Source: an uncultured Planctomycetota bacterium (GTDB taxonomy: Bacteria; Planctomycetota; Planctomycetia; Isosphaerales; Isosphaeraceae). From it: a stretch of 64,000 nt of DNA. Below are positions 20,459 through 29,684 of the stretch, in pieces. Both the position numbers and the translations under genes were made by a program. The stretch spans positions 157,352-221,351 of the forward strand of contig CAWJTV010000024.1 in NCBI GenBank assembly GCA_963845755.1, in the 5' to 3' direction. The first letter of the stretch is position 1. Every line of letters begins with the position of its first letter. The notes under the pieces were generated by a model. That model was not told where the DNA came from. It did no database searches and saw only the letters and a list, made by a program, of their open reading frames with translations.

Positions 20459-22660
20459 CTATGGCAGGTACGCTTGGAACTTTGCCTGGAAATTGTAACG
20501 GTCGTTGGGGGCGGCATCACCGTTCAGGGTGAAGTCCGACCAGTCGCCGGTCTGCTGGGGGTTGTCGGCCCATTTGAAGTCGATCGCGGCCGGGAGGGTG
20601 GTGAGGCCGAGCGTCGCGCGGGGGATGGCGAGCTCGATCGCGTTATCCGCGGTCTTGAACGGAATCTCGACGGGCGAGCCCCATTCGAACTTCCCGCCGA
20701 TGTTCCGTTCGAGGGTCGTTCGGGAGGAGTCGCGGATCATCCGGTTGACCACGAAGTCAAAGCCGAGCCAGCCGGTCTTCGGGTTCTGGTCTGCGTCGAT
20801 GAACAAGAGCATCCAGTTCGGATCCGCGGGGCTGGTCAACTTGTCCTTCGTCCGAACGAAGAAGAAGACGGCCCGTGCGTCGAGGCTGATCTTCGCGGCC
20901 ACGATGTCATTGCGACCCGTCGTGTTGACGTAGTGCAGGCGTGTGCCCCATCCCGGCTGATCGCGGTGAACGGGGTCGCCGATGGTGTCGCGGAATTCCG
21001 GCTGGACGCGGGCCCAATCGTCGAAGCGGCCGTCGATCGTGATCGGCCGAGGCTCGACCGGCGGAATCGGGCGTGCCCCCTTGTAGCGCCGGATGTTCGC
21101 CGCCATCTGGTAGACGTAGTTGTCGCCGTGGCCTCCCCTCATCGGCTCGACATCGCGACTGAACTCCGCGTTGAACTCGTCGACGAACGTCACCGGCCCG
21201 CTGCCGTAGAGCGGCATGTGGGCCGGGGTGAATCGGCCCGCGATCCATTCGTTCCAGTTGGTGACGAAGACGAATGCCGGATCGATCTCCAGCGCCCGCC
21301 GCCACTGCTCGGCGAAATTCCGGCCGGAGCCGTCCCGCCCTTCGGGGCCGGGCTCCTTGCCGTCGTGGAAACTGCGGCCGTGAGCGCCGGGGTGAGTGAA
21401 CACGCTCAGCTTACCATCCGCCGCGTTCTGCGCGACCCCGACGGGGACCTCCTCGGGGATGCCCGGTACCTTGTAGAAGGCGTGCTGGGGGTAGACCTCG
21501 AGCCAACCCCACTGGCGGAGGCCGGTCGGTCCGACGAAGTAGTCCGGTTGGGGCTTACGGAAGGTGAAAAAGCGGCGGATCTGATCGGTTTGGTCGTCGA
21601 TCAGCTCGATTCGCAAGGTCCGTGCACCCTCAACGACCGCACCGTCAGCAAGAGCTTGACCCGACGCGGATCGGTCGCGGCCTGAAGGGCCGCTCCACCA
21701 GCCCACTTTGCCCTTGGGATTGGACATTTCCAGGTCATATGTACCGGCCGGCTGCGCGGGATTGGACTCGAGCGCGAGCCAGGCGTTATCCTCGAAACTT
21801 TCGAAGCGTCGCGAGGCGACCTGCTCGCGTTTCACGCCGTGCCTCCAGAGCGAGAGGGTGACGGCCGAATCGCGATGCGCCCAGGTCGGAGCCGCGGCCC
21901 CGACGGCGCGGAACGGCCGATCCACCGTGAACGTCTGCCCGAGCGTATGACCCGTCGCCAGTTCGACGGGAGTGGTGCGACGACCCTGCTCGATGCCCGC
22001 GCCGAGCCGTTCGGGGTCGGCGAGAATCAAGGGCTTTCCCTCCCAGCGGAACCAGAGATCCTCATGAAGACGCCGGTTATAGAGATCCTCCCAGAGCTCT
22101 CGCACGACCTTCCGGGGTTCCCCGAAGGGGCAGAGGAAGGCGATCTGCGGCACCCGATTCCCCTCGCGCTTCACCCGGTCGAAGACGCGGCAGAGCGTTT
22201 TCCAGGTTTGAGGATATGTGATTTGATTGGTGACGTCGAAGACGATCATGTTGACACCGGCGTCGGTCAACATCTGGGCGTGCTTGCGTAGGACGCTCTC
22301 ATCGTCCGATCGGTAGTAGCCGAAGATGGACTCGCCCCAGTGATGCGGGACGAACGCGGGTCCCCACAGCGGACTATTCGGGTTGCGGATTGCGGTCGGG
22401 TCCTTGACGAGGATCCTGGCGATGTCGAACGGTCCCGCGTCGCCGGCCTGGCCGAGCCAGAGGAAGTAAAAGACACCGACGAACTTGTTCGTCCGAGGAG
22501 GCCCGACCTTCTCAGCCAGGGGCAGACTTCGTCCGAGTGCATCGGTCGCGACCCAGGTATCACTGCGGATGTCCCGCGGTTCGTCGGCGTGCCCGGTCCC
22601 GGCCAGAACAACCGAAGTCATGATCGTGAGCCAAAGCTTCTGAGTTCGACGATTGCCCAT
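20459..22660 (-). CDS. Exported glycoside hydrolase-like protein (GH99/GH71-like barrel with accessory domains)
   Basis: 'VGVFYFLW', 'HHWGE..FGYYRSDD..VLRKHAQML', 'FVTNWNEW', 'FSRDVEPM'. Confidence 0.6.
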   Translation of the reverse strand: MGNRRTQKLWLTIMTSVVLAGTGHADEPRDIRSDTWVATDALGRSLPLAEKVGPPRTNKFVGVFYFLWLGQAGDAGPFDIARILVKDPTAIRNPNSPLWGPAFVPHHWGESIFGYYRSDDESVLRKHAQMLTDAGVNMIVFDVTNQITYPQTWKTLCRVFDRVKREGNRVPQIAFLCPFGEPRKVVRELWEDLYNRRLHEDLWFRWEGKPLILADPERLGAGIEQGRRTTPVELATGHTLGQTFTVDRPFRAVGAAAPTWAHRDSAVTLSLWRHGVKREQVASRRFESFEDNAWLALESNPAQPAGTYDLEMSNPKGKVGWWSGPSGRDRSASGQALADGAVVEGARTLRIELIDDQTDQIRRFFTFRKPQPDYFVGPTGLRQWGWLEVYPQHAFYKVPGIPEEVPVGVAQNAADGKLSVFTHPGAHGRSFHDGKEPGPEGRDGSGRNFAEQWRRALEIDPAFVFVTNWNEWIAGRFTPAHMPLYGSGPVTFVDEFNAEFSRDVEPMRGGHGDNYVYQMAANIRRYKGARPIPPVEPRPITIDGRFDDWARVQPEFRDTIGDPVHRDQPGWGTRLHYVNTTGRNDIVAAKISLDARAVFFFVRTKDKLTSPADPNWMLLFIDADQNPKTGWLGFDFVVNRMIRDSSRTTLERNIGGKFEWGSPVEIPFKTADNAIELAIPRATLGLTTLPAAIDFKWADNPQQTGDWSDFTLNGDAAPNDRYNFQAKFQAYLP

Positions 22661-22770
22661 GCGGACGTCCCCTCTCGCTGGATGCCTTATCCTACCCAAC
22701 GGGGCCGGTGGTGTCTCCACGCTCCAGCGCCGCAACACCGGAAGAATCGCGGTGAAGGCGACCTAGGAGT

Positions 22771-23589
22771 TCAGACATAGAAGTCGCGGAGCAGACGGGC
22801 GGCTGTTTCATCGAGCTGGTCGGAACGGCGGAGCTCTTCGAACTTCTCGAGCAGGTCGTGGGGGCGGAGGCGGTGTTTCGCGGCGCCCGAGACGTCGAAG
22901 ATCAAGCGGCCCTGGTGGGCCATGATCAGCCGATCGCCGAGCGAGGCGGCGTGGGCCATCGAGTGGGTGACCATCAGGGTGGTGAGATGCTCGCGGCGGA
23001 CGACCTGGTCGGTGAGCCGGATGACCTGCTCGGCGCTCTTGGGGTCGAGGGCCGCGGTGTGCTCGTCGAGCAACAGCAGCTCGGGGCGCCGGTAGGTGGC
23101 CATGAGCAGGGTCAGCGCCTGGCGCTGGCCGCCGGAGAGGCTGCCGATCGGGTTGTCGAGCCGGTCTTCCAGGCCCATCCCGAGCGGTCTGAGCCGGTTG
23201 CGGAAATCATCGACCTTGCTCCGGGACACCGCCCGGCCGAGGCCGCGGGGAAGGCCCCGCCGGGCGGCCAGGGCGAGATTCTCGGCGATCGAGAGCGATG
23301 GCGAGGTGCCGGCCAGCGGGTCCTGAAAGACCCGGCCGATCAGCCGGGCGCGGCGGTGCTCCGGCCAGTGGGTGATCTCCCGGCCGGCCAGGCGGATCGT
23401 ACCGGCGTCGACCCGGAACGATCCGGCGACCGAGTTCAGCGTCGTGCTCTTGCCCGAGCCGTTGGTCCCGATCACGACGACGAAGCTCCCCGGCTCGACC
23501 GTCAGGTCGACGCCCCGCAGGGCGCGGACCTCGTCGGTAGTACCGGGATTGAATGTCTTGCATACCCCGCGAAGCTCGAGCATCGCCAT
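22771..23589 (-). CDS. ABC transporter ATP-binding protein
   Basis: Walker A 'GTNGSGKS', signature 'LSGGQ', 'LLLLDEHTAALD'. Confidence 0.95.
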   Translation of the reverse strand: MAMLELRGVCKTFNPGTTDEVRALRGVDLTVEPGSFVVVIGTNGSGKSTTLNSVAGSFRVDAGTIRLAGREITHWPEHRRARLIGRVFQDPLAGTSPSLSIAENLALAARRGLPRGLGRAVSRSKVDDFRNRLRPLGMGLEDRLDNPIGSLSGGQRQALTLLMATYRRPELLLLDEHTAALDPKSAEQVIRLTDQVVRREHLTTLMVTHSMAHAASLGDRLIMAHQGRLIFDVSGAAKHRLRPHDLLEKFEELRRSDQLDETAARLLRDFYV

Positions 23590-23591
23590 GA

Positions 23592-24539
23592 TCAGACCCC
23601 CCCAGACGGTACGGCTCCGGGCCTGGGCCGGGTCCGGCCGGCGAACAGCTTGGGCAGTACGAGGGCCGCGAACACGAAGGCGGCCGTGATCAGTTTCAGG
23701 TCGTTCGGGTCCAGCCCCCAGCGCAGCGCCAGGGCCACCATCAGCCGGAACAGGAGTGACCCGAGTACGGCGCCGGAGATCGACAGGCCCAGGCCGCCGC
23801 TGCCGACCAGGGCCTGGCCCAGGATGACGCTCGCCAGGCCCCAGACGATCATGCCGATGCCCATCTGGATGTCGGCGAACCCCTGGTACTGCGCCAGGAT
23901 CGCGCCGGAGAGCGCGACCAGCGCATTGGACATCATCAGCCCGAGGGTGATCATCCGGCCCACGTCGACGCCGAGGGCCCGGATCATCCGGGGGTTGTCT
24001 CCGGTCGCCCGCATCGCGGTCCCGAGACTCGTCCTCAGGAAGGCGCGGAGCGCCCAGGCGAGGGCGGCGACGAGGAGTCCGGTCGCGGCCAGGTTGACCG
24101 CGTCGCGGAACCGGACCTCCCGGCCGAGGAGGCGGACGGTCTCGACCGGGCCCGACATCTTCGTGAGGGTGTCCACGAGGTCGGTGCCGATGGTCCGGGC
24201 GTCGAGGAGCGGGATGTTACTCCGCCCCATGACGTGGAGGTTGACCGAGTAGAGGGCGGTGGCGACGAGGATGCCGGCGAGCAGCCCGTTGATCCGGAAC
24301 CGGGTGTGCAGGACGCCCGTCGTCCCCCCGGCGAGGGCGCCGGCGAGCATCGCGGCGGCGGTGGCCGTCCAGGGGGCATAGCCCCGGACGATCAGGGCCG
24401 CGGCGACCGCCGCCCCGAGCGTCAACGACCCATCGGCCGTAATGTCGGGGAATGCGAAGATCCGGAAGCTGATGAACACCCCGAGCGCCAGCAGCGCCAG
24501 GATCAGCCCGACCGTCCACGATCCGATGAGCAGCGTCAT
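23592..24539 (-). CDS. ABC transporter permease
   Basis: Multi-TM; 'FPDITADGS', 'GTAMRATGDN', 'QYQGFADI.MG.G'. Confidence 0.95.
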   Translation of the reverse strand: MTLLIGSWTVGLILALLALGVFISFRIFAFPDITADGSLTLGAAVAAALIVRGYAPWTATAAAMLAGALAGGTTGVLHTRFRINGLLAGILVATALYSVNLHVMGRSNIPLLDARTIGTDLVDTLTKMSGPVETVRLLGREVRFRDAVNLAATGLLVAALAWALRAFLRTSLGTAMRATGDNPRMIRALGVDVGRMITLGLMMSNALVALSGAILAQYQGFADIQMGIGMIVWGLASVILGQALVGSGGLGLSISGAVLGSLLFRLMVALALRWGLDPNDLKLITAAFVFAALVLPKLFAGRTRPRPGAVPSGGV

Positions 24540-25802
24540 GACAACTCCGTCCCTCCTTCGGCTGCCAGAGGGACGTACCAGATGACCCCCCGGGTGAACG
24601 TGCTCTCACCAGCCCCGAGGATCGGCCGCGCGTCGCCGAGCAGGTGGAGGATAGTCTCGATCCGGCCGGGCTCGAACAGGTGCGAGACCGTCGCCGCCAG
24701 CTCGACCGCGCCGCTGGGAAGAGGCCGGTAAGGGATCACCGCCGCGTGGAAGTGGCCCTGGAGTTCCGGCGCCGACGCTCCCGAGAGCGGCCGGACGAAC
24801 GGCTGCCAGCGCCGGGCCGGCCTGCCGGGTCGCCACCCCGACGACCAGGGCCGTGCTCCGGGCGTGCTCGGGCTCCGGTGTGAGCGAGAGCCAGTCGCGC
24901 ACGTCGGGGTGGGCGAATGGGTCGAGCCGGTCGGGGAAACCGACCGGTGACCGCCTCAGCGCCGCGCCGACCAGCCCGTCGGTCTCGCCGGCAAGCACGA
25001 CGCCCACCACGTCGCTCCCGGCCTGGTCCAGACAGGCCGCGGCGATCTGGCTCAGAGGGACGGAGGCCCTGCCGGGGTCCCCCTTCGCCTCGAAGCGGAC
25101 CAAGGCCGCCCGTTCCACCGGGAACGCCAGCCCGTAGAGGAGGCGCACCCCGGGAACGAACGCGCCGGCCGCGTGCTCGAAGTCGGGCCGCCCCGGCCCC
25201 GCGCTCGGCCGGTAGGCCGCGACACCCGCGATGGCCAGGAACTCCCCGAATCGTTCGCGGCAGGCTTCGAAGGTCGGGCCCAAGGCGCCCAGGCCGAAGG
25301 CCACCGACCCCGGGACCGCCATCCAGGTCCGCTCGTCCTGCGCGTCGTATCCGCGCCCGGGGAGCCGCGCAGGGTCGCCGATCAGTTCGAGGCGCTCGGT
25401 CCCGCCACCGCTGGTTTTCGGGAAGACTTGCAGGGTCATGCCGTCCCGCTCGACCGCCTCGCAACGGGCCGCCGGCCTCGCCCCGGGTGCCGGGGGCGGC
25501 CCATCGTCGTGGAGGATCCGGGAGACGCCGGTCAGCCGGAGCACCTGGCTGACCGCTTCGGAGTCGGCCACGATCCGGAGTCGGCCGCCGATCTTCCGCA
25601 ATTGTTGGTGGTAGCCGAGCAGGAGGGCGATCCCGTTGGAGCTGAGGTAGGTGACGCCCGCCATGTCGAGCCGGACGTCCCGTGCCCCGCTCCGAATCAC
25701 CTCGTCGATCCGGTCGGCGAGGTACGACGACCAGGACGAGTCGAGACTCCCGACGAGGACCAATTCGGCGACACCATCGGCGCGGCGAATCTGGCAGTCC
25801 AT
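24536..25802 (-). CDS. STAS (anti-anti-sigma) domain protein with a long uncharacterised C-terminal region; frameshift at ~24803
   Basis: 'LDMAGVTYLSSNGIALL' STAS motif; the shifted frame continues 'PFVRPL...GHFHAAV' and ends overlapping the permease ATG. Confidence 0.8.
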
Positions 25803-25812
25803 GGCGCATCCT

Positions 25813-27834
25813 CTATGGCGTCGCGAGTCGGGCCGGAATCACCTCGTCGGCCGTCTTGACCCATTCGGTGGGGACCGAGACCCCGAGCCGCCGGGCGTTG
25901 TCAAGGTTGACCGAGCGGCTGATCTTGGTCGTGGCGTGGAACGGGAGCCGTGACGGGTCCTTGCCGCGGATCACCTCGGCGACGAGCAGGCCGGCCTCGC
26001 GGCCGTTCTCCGCGAAGTCGGTCCCCACGCCGAGCACAGCCCCTCCCTTCACGAGCGACGGCGAGAACGTGAAGAGCGGCGTCTTCGTCATCTCGCACGC
26101 GCGGGCGATTGCCGGGAACGACGAGTTACTCAGGTTGTCCGCGATCTGGCAGAGGACGTCGACCCCCGACTGGCAGAGCGTGAGGGCCGCGTCGCTCACA
26201 TCAGTCGGGCCGTTGACCGGCAGGCTCACCAGCTCGAGCCCTTCACGCTTGAGCGGCTCCTCGAATCCTTGCCGGCCCAGGACCGAGTTGACCTCACCGG
26301 GCGTGAACAGGGTGCCGACCCGGCGGGCCCTCGGCAAGACCTCGCGGACCGTCCGGGCCATCGCGGCGTAGGGGTACGCGAGATAGACGCCGCTCACGTC
26401 CGGCCGGTGGTCCGAGTCCGACTTTCCCGCACCCGCGGCGATGGGATCGAGCACGCCGGCAAAGACGACCGGCTTCCGATCCAGCTTCCGGAGCGCGGCC
26501 TGCAACGTCGGCGTGGAGATGCTGACGACCAGGTCGGTCTCGCTGCCGTTCAGCTCGTCGACCAGGGCGTTGAGCGTGGCGATATCCCCCTGTGCGTTGC
26601 GGTAGGTCGTCGTGTAGTCTTTTCCCTCGACGAGGCCAGCCTCCTTGAGACCTCGCCGGAACCCCCCGAGCACGTCCTCCAGGATGGGCGATTCGCTGTA
26701 CCCGGCCAGGCCGAGCTTCCAGGTCCGCGACGGCCGCCGCGCCTCGGGCGCCCGCGCGGCGATCTCCTCCCGTGGGTGGCGCCGGACCGGCCCCCCCTTT
26801 TCGACCACGACGTCGGCCTTGGCGTCGATCTCGGGAGGGACAGACCAGCCCCCGGTTTGCGCCGCGAGCGCGGGCCGGTTGATCCAGAACTCGGGCGGGA
26901 CTTCGTAGAGGATCGGCATGTCCGCGGGCGACTCGCCGTCCAGCACGCGAGCGGCCAGCCGACCGACCGACTCGCCGACCCGGTGATAATCCGCCCCAAG
27001 GTCGAACAAGGCCCCCCGCGAGGCGGACCCGGGGATGCTCGTGAATACCGGCACGCCCGCCGCTCGCGCCGGGCCGATCACGGCGTCGAGCGAGGTGAGC
27101 ACCGTGTTGTCGCCCCCGACCCAGATCGCCTCGACCCCGCGACCGACGAGCGAGGCGACCGCTTCCCGGACGGCCGCCGAGCCATCGACGTTCGCCTCCA
27201 ACAGTTCGATCCCCAGCTCCTTGCAGACCGTCCGGGCAAGCTTTGTGCACGCTTCCGAATTCGCCTCCGACGGATTCCAGGCGACCCCGACCCTCGCCAG
27301 TCGCGGGGCGAGCTGCCGGGCCATCCGGAAACCCTCGGCCACCGGCTGCATCGTCCCGAGGCCGACCATGTAGGGGGGGTGCTTCCTCGGGTCGTCCCGG
27401 GCGATGCCGACGCCGGCCACGACCGGGTCGCTCACCATCCCGAAGACGTGCGGGCGTTTCGCGTCCCGGTTGGCCCCGGCCACCGCCTGGAGGCTGGGCG
27501 TCGACAGGGTAATGACCAGCTCGTCGTCCCCCCCGACGATCGCCCGGGCGATCGTATTCGCGGTCGCGGCGTCCCCCTCGGCGCTGTAGCGGCGGACCCG
27601 GAGCGTCCGGCCTTCCTGGTATCCCGACTGCGCCAGTCCCGCCAGCACGCCTCGGACCCCCTCCTCCATGGTCGCCTGCGAGACGTGCTGGAACAACGCG
27701 ACCGAGCGGATCCTCCCGGGCGACCCCGTCCCTGCCTCGCCGCGCGGGCGCTCGCGGTCGGTCAGGAGCAACACGGCCGACGCCACCACGATCAAGGAGG
27801 AGGCGAGCCATAACCGAAGGAAACTCTTGATCAT
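25813..27834 (-). CDS. ABC transporter substrate-binding protein with two tandem ABC_sub_bind domains
   Basis: Two repeats of 'AEGD/AQGD...STP[ST]LQA...DP..AG...E.NS'. Confidence 0.9.
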   Translation of the reverse strand: MIKSFLRLWLASSLIVVASAVLLLTDRERPRGEAGTGSPGRIRSVALFQHVSQATMEEGVRGVLAGLAQSGYQEGRTLRVRRYSAEGDAATANTIARAIVGGDDELVITLSTPSLQAVAGANRDAKRPHVFGMVSDPVVAGVGIARDDPRKHPPYMVGLGTMQPVAEGFRMARQLAPRLARVGVAWNPSEANSEACTKLARTVCKELGIELLEANVDGSAAVREAVASLVGRGVEAIWVGGDNTVLTSLDAVIGPARAAGVPVFTSIPGSASRGALFDLGADYHRVGESVGRLAARVLDGESPADMPILYEVPPEFWINRPALAAQTGGWSVPPEIDAKADVVVEKGGPVRRHPREEIAARAPEARRPSRTWKLGLAGYSESPILEDVLGGFRRGLKEAGLVEGKDYTTTYRNAQGDIATLNALVDELNGSETDLVVSISTPTLQAALRKLDRKPVVFAGVLDPIAAGAGKSDSDHRPDVSGVYLAYPYAAMARTVREVLPRARRVGTLFTPGEVNSVLGRQGFEEPLKREGLELVSLPVNGPTDVSDAALTLCQSGVDVLCQIADNLSNSSFPAIARACEMTKTPLFTFSPSLVKGGAVLGVGTDFAENGREAGLLVAEVIRGKDPSRLPFHATTKISRSVNLDNARRLGVSVPTEWVKTADEVIPARLATP

Positions 27835-27988
27835 CCACGAGTCCGGGCGTGGGGAGGACGTACACCATTGCGGAGGCAGGGGATGGGCTCGGTCACGACG
27901 CCGGCCACGTCCACGTCAAATTAGATAGCAACCCTGCGTCATTGTCCAGTCGCGGGCTCCCCGAGGGCGGAACCGGACAGGGACCTCA

Positions 27989-28192
27989 TCAAGGCTGCGT
28001 CTGGGTGCTCGTTGCCTGTCTGAGCGGTCGCACGACTGTATCGGTTTTTCCCGTCTGTTTGACCGGCCGCCACACGGCATAATGCGCCGGTCGAGGGACC
28101 GACCTGGCCCTTTCGATCTGCATCCCGACCCAAATCGACAGGGCGATGACCGCGATCAAGGCTATGATCGAGCGTAGGCGATACTGTCGCAT
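27989..28192 (-). CDS. Small membrane-anchored hypothetical protein
   Basis: 'MRQYRLRSIIALIAVIALSIWVG' N-terminal TM of a type common in planctomycetes. Confidence 0.45.
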   Translation of the reverse strand: MRQYRLRSIIALIAVIALSIWVGMQIERARSVPRPAHYAVWRPVKQTGKTDTVVRPLRQATSTQTQP

Positions 28193-28279
28193 CGTTCATC
28201 CCGGCTGAGATTGCAAGAAGGCCGATCGGGGACGACTCCCGCGACCGGCCCTCGATTCGCGATCGGGTGGATTCCGGCT

Positions 28280-29524
28280 TCAGGCCAGGTGCCGATCGAC
28301 CCTGGGGAGGAGCTGGGCGAAGTCCAGCTTGTTGGGGCAGGCGTCGCGAGCGGCCTCGAGGTCGGCGCCGGACCAGTCGCGGGCCTCGAGAGCCAGTGCG
28401 GCGTACTGGCGGCGCGCCTCGGCGCGGATGCCATGGTGCTCGTAATAGGTGAGGAACCGCGTCAGGTCGCCCAGCTCGGCCTTGGTGCCGGCGGCGACCG
28501 AGCATCGGCCGTCGCAGTCGGCGCAGAGCGTGGGGCCGAAGGCCAGCGCGGCGTCGCGAAGCTGCTCGATCTCCGCGGTCTTCATCGGCTCGTAGCGGCG
28601 GGCAGCGTCGGCGTCCTCGCGGAGCTGGTCGGTCGTCTTGATCGAGACGCACGACCCGCTGATCCGCTCGTCGGTCCAGATCGCGTGCAACAGGCCCTGG
28701 TAGGGCGTCAGCTTCTTCTCCGCCAACATCGGTGCCCGGCGCACGACCTCCTCCAGGACGTTGATCTTGGGCCGCGAGGGGAACTGGCCAGCCACCTGCT
28801 TCATCGAGATCAGGCCGATTCCCTTGGCGTGGCAGGCGTCGAGCGCCTTGTTGAGCGGGGCGTCCTTGTCGAGCCACGGGGTGTACTGGAGCATGATCGC
28901 GTTGACGATCCCCCCCTCGGCCGCCGCCTGGATGATTGCGGCGCGGTCGCGGTGGTGAGTCGAGAAGCCGAGGAACTTCGCCTTGCCCGACTTGCGGATC
29001 GCCTCGGCCGTCTCCTTGAACTCCTGGCTCTTCACGAAGTTGATGGCGGCGTCAAGGCCGTGGTCGTCGCCCATGCCGTGGATGAAGAACAGGTCGATGT
29101 AGTCGGTGGACAGGGCTTCCAGCCGGCGGTCGAGCATGGCCAGCAGGTCTTTCGGGGTGCGCGGGTTGTCCTTGGTGACCAGGACGATCTCTTTGCGGAC
29201 ATCGGGATTCTGCTCGAGCCACCTCTTGAAGCCGGGCTCGGAGCCATAAGCCCTGGCGGTGTCGAACGTGCGGACACCCTGGGCGTACGACTGGCGGATC
29301 AGCCGCTCGAGGGTACCGCGTTCGCGCAGGGCCCCGGTGCCCATCTCGAGCATCGTGATCTCGAGGCCGGTCTTGCCGAGCTTCCGCTTGGGCAGGACCG
29401 GCGTCCTGGCGGGGGCATCCTGCGCCTCCACGGTGGAAGACGCACCCAGGGCCGCGGCCGTGGCCAGCGCACCGGCCTGGAGGAACGCGCGGCGGTCGGT
29501 GCCGCTGGTCTGGTCGTGGGACAT
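28280..29524 (-). CDS. Tat-exported aldo/keto reductase with C-terminal Cys cluster
   Basis: 'DRRAFLQ' Tat motif; 'FDTARAY', 'TDYIDLFFIH', 'CADCDGRC...CP'. Confidence 0.9.
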   Translation of the reverse strand: MSHDQTSGTDRRAFLQAGALATAAALGASSTVEAQDAPARTPVLPKRKLGKTGLEITMLEMGTGALRERGTLERLIRQSYAQGVRTFDTARAYGSEPGFKRWLEQNPDVRKEIVLVTKDNPRTPKDLLAMLDRRLEALSTDYIDLFFIHGMGDDHGLDAAINFVKSQEFKETAEAIRKSGKAKFLGFSTHHRDRAAIIQAAAEGGIVNAIMLQYTPWLDKDAPLNKALDACHAKGIGLISMKQVAGQFPSRPKINVLEEVVRRAPMLAEKKLTPYQGLLHAIWTDERISGSCVSIKTTDQLREDADAARRYEPMKTAEIEQLRDAALAFGPTLCADCDGRCSVAAGTKAELGDLTRFLTYYEHHGIRAEARRQYAALALEARDWSGADLEAARDACPNKLDFAQLLPRVDRHLA

Positions 29525-29585
29525 GGCTTTCGACTCCTCGATAGATAAAGAACTTCGATACGAGTCTGCGCTCCCTGACGCAGGG

Positions 29586-29642
29586 ATCATAGCACGCCCG
29601 GGCCGTTTTCGCACGACCGAGCTTCCCGGCAAGGAAGCCTCG
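29586..29642 (+). repeat. 57-bp imperfect direct repeat, copy A (contains an extended -10 TGCTATGAT for the AKR gene on the minus strand)
   Basis: 46/57 identical to 36312-36368 by manual ungapped alignment. Confidence 0.7.
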
Positions 29643-29684
29643 CCGGTGTCGGTTTACTATCGCACGGCCGGTCCCGGCAGGTCT

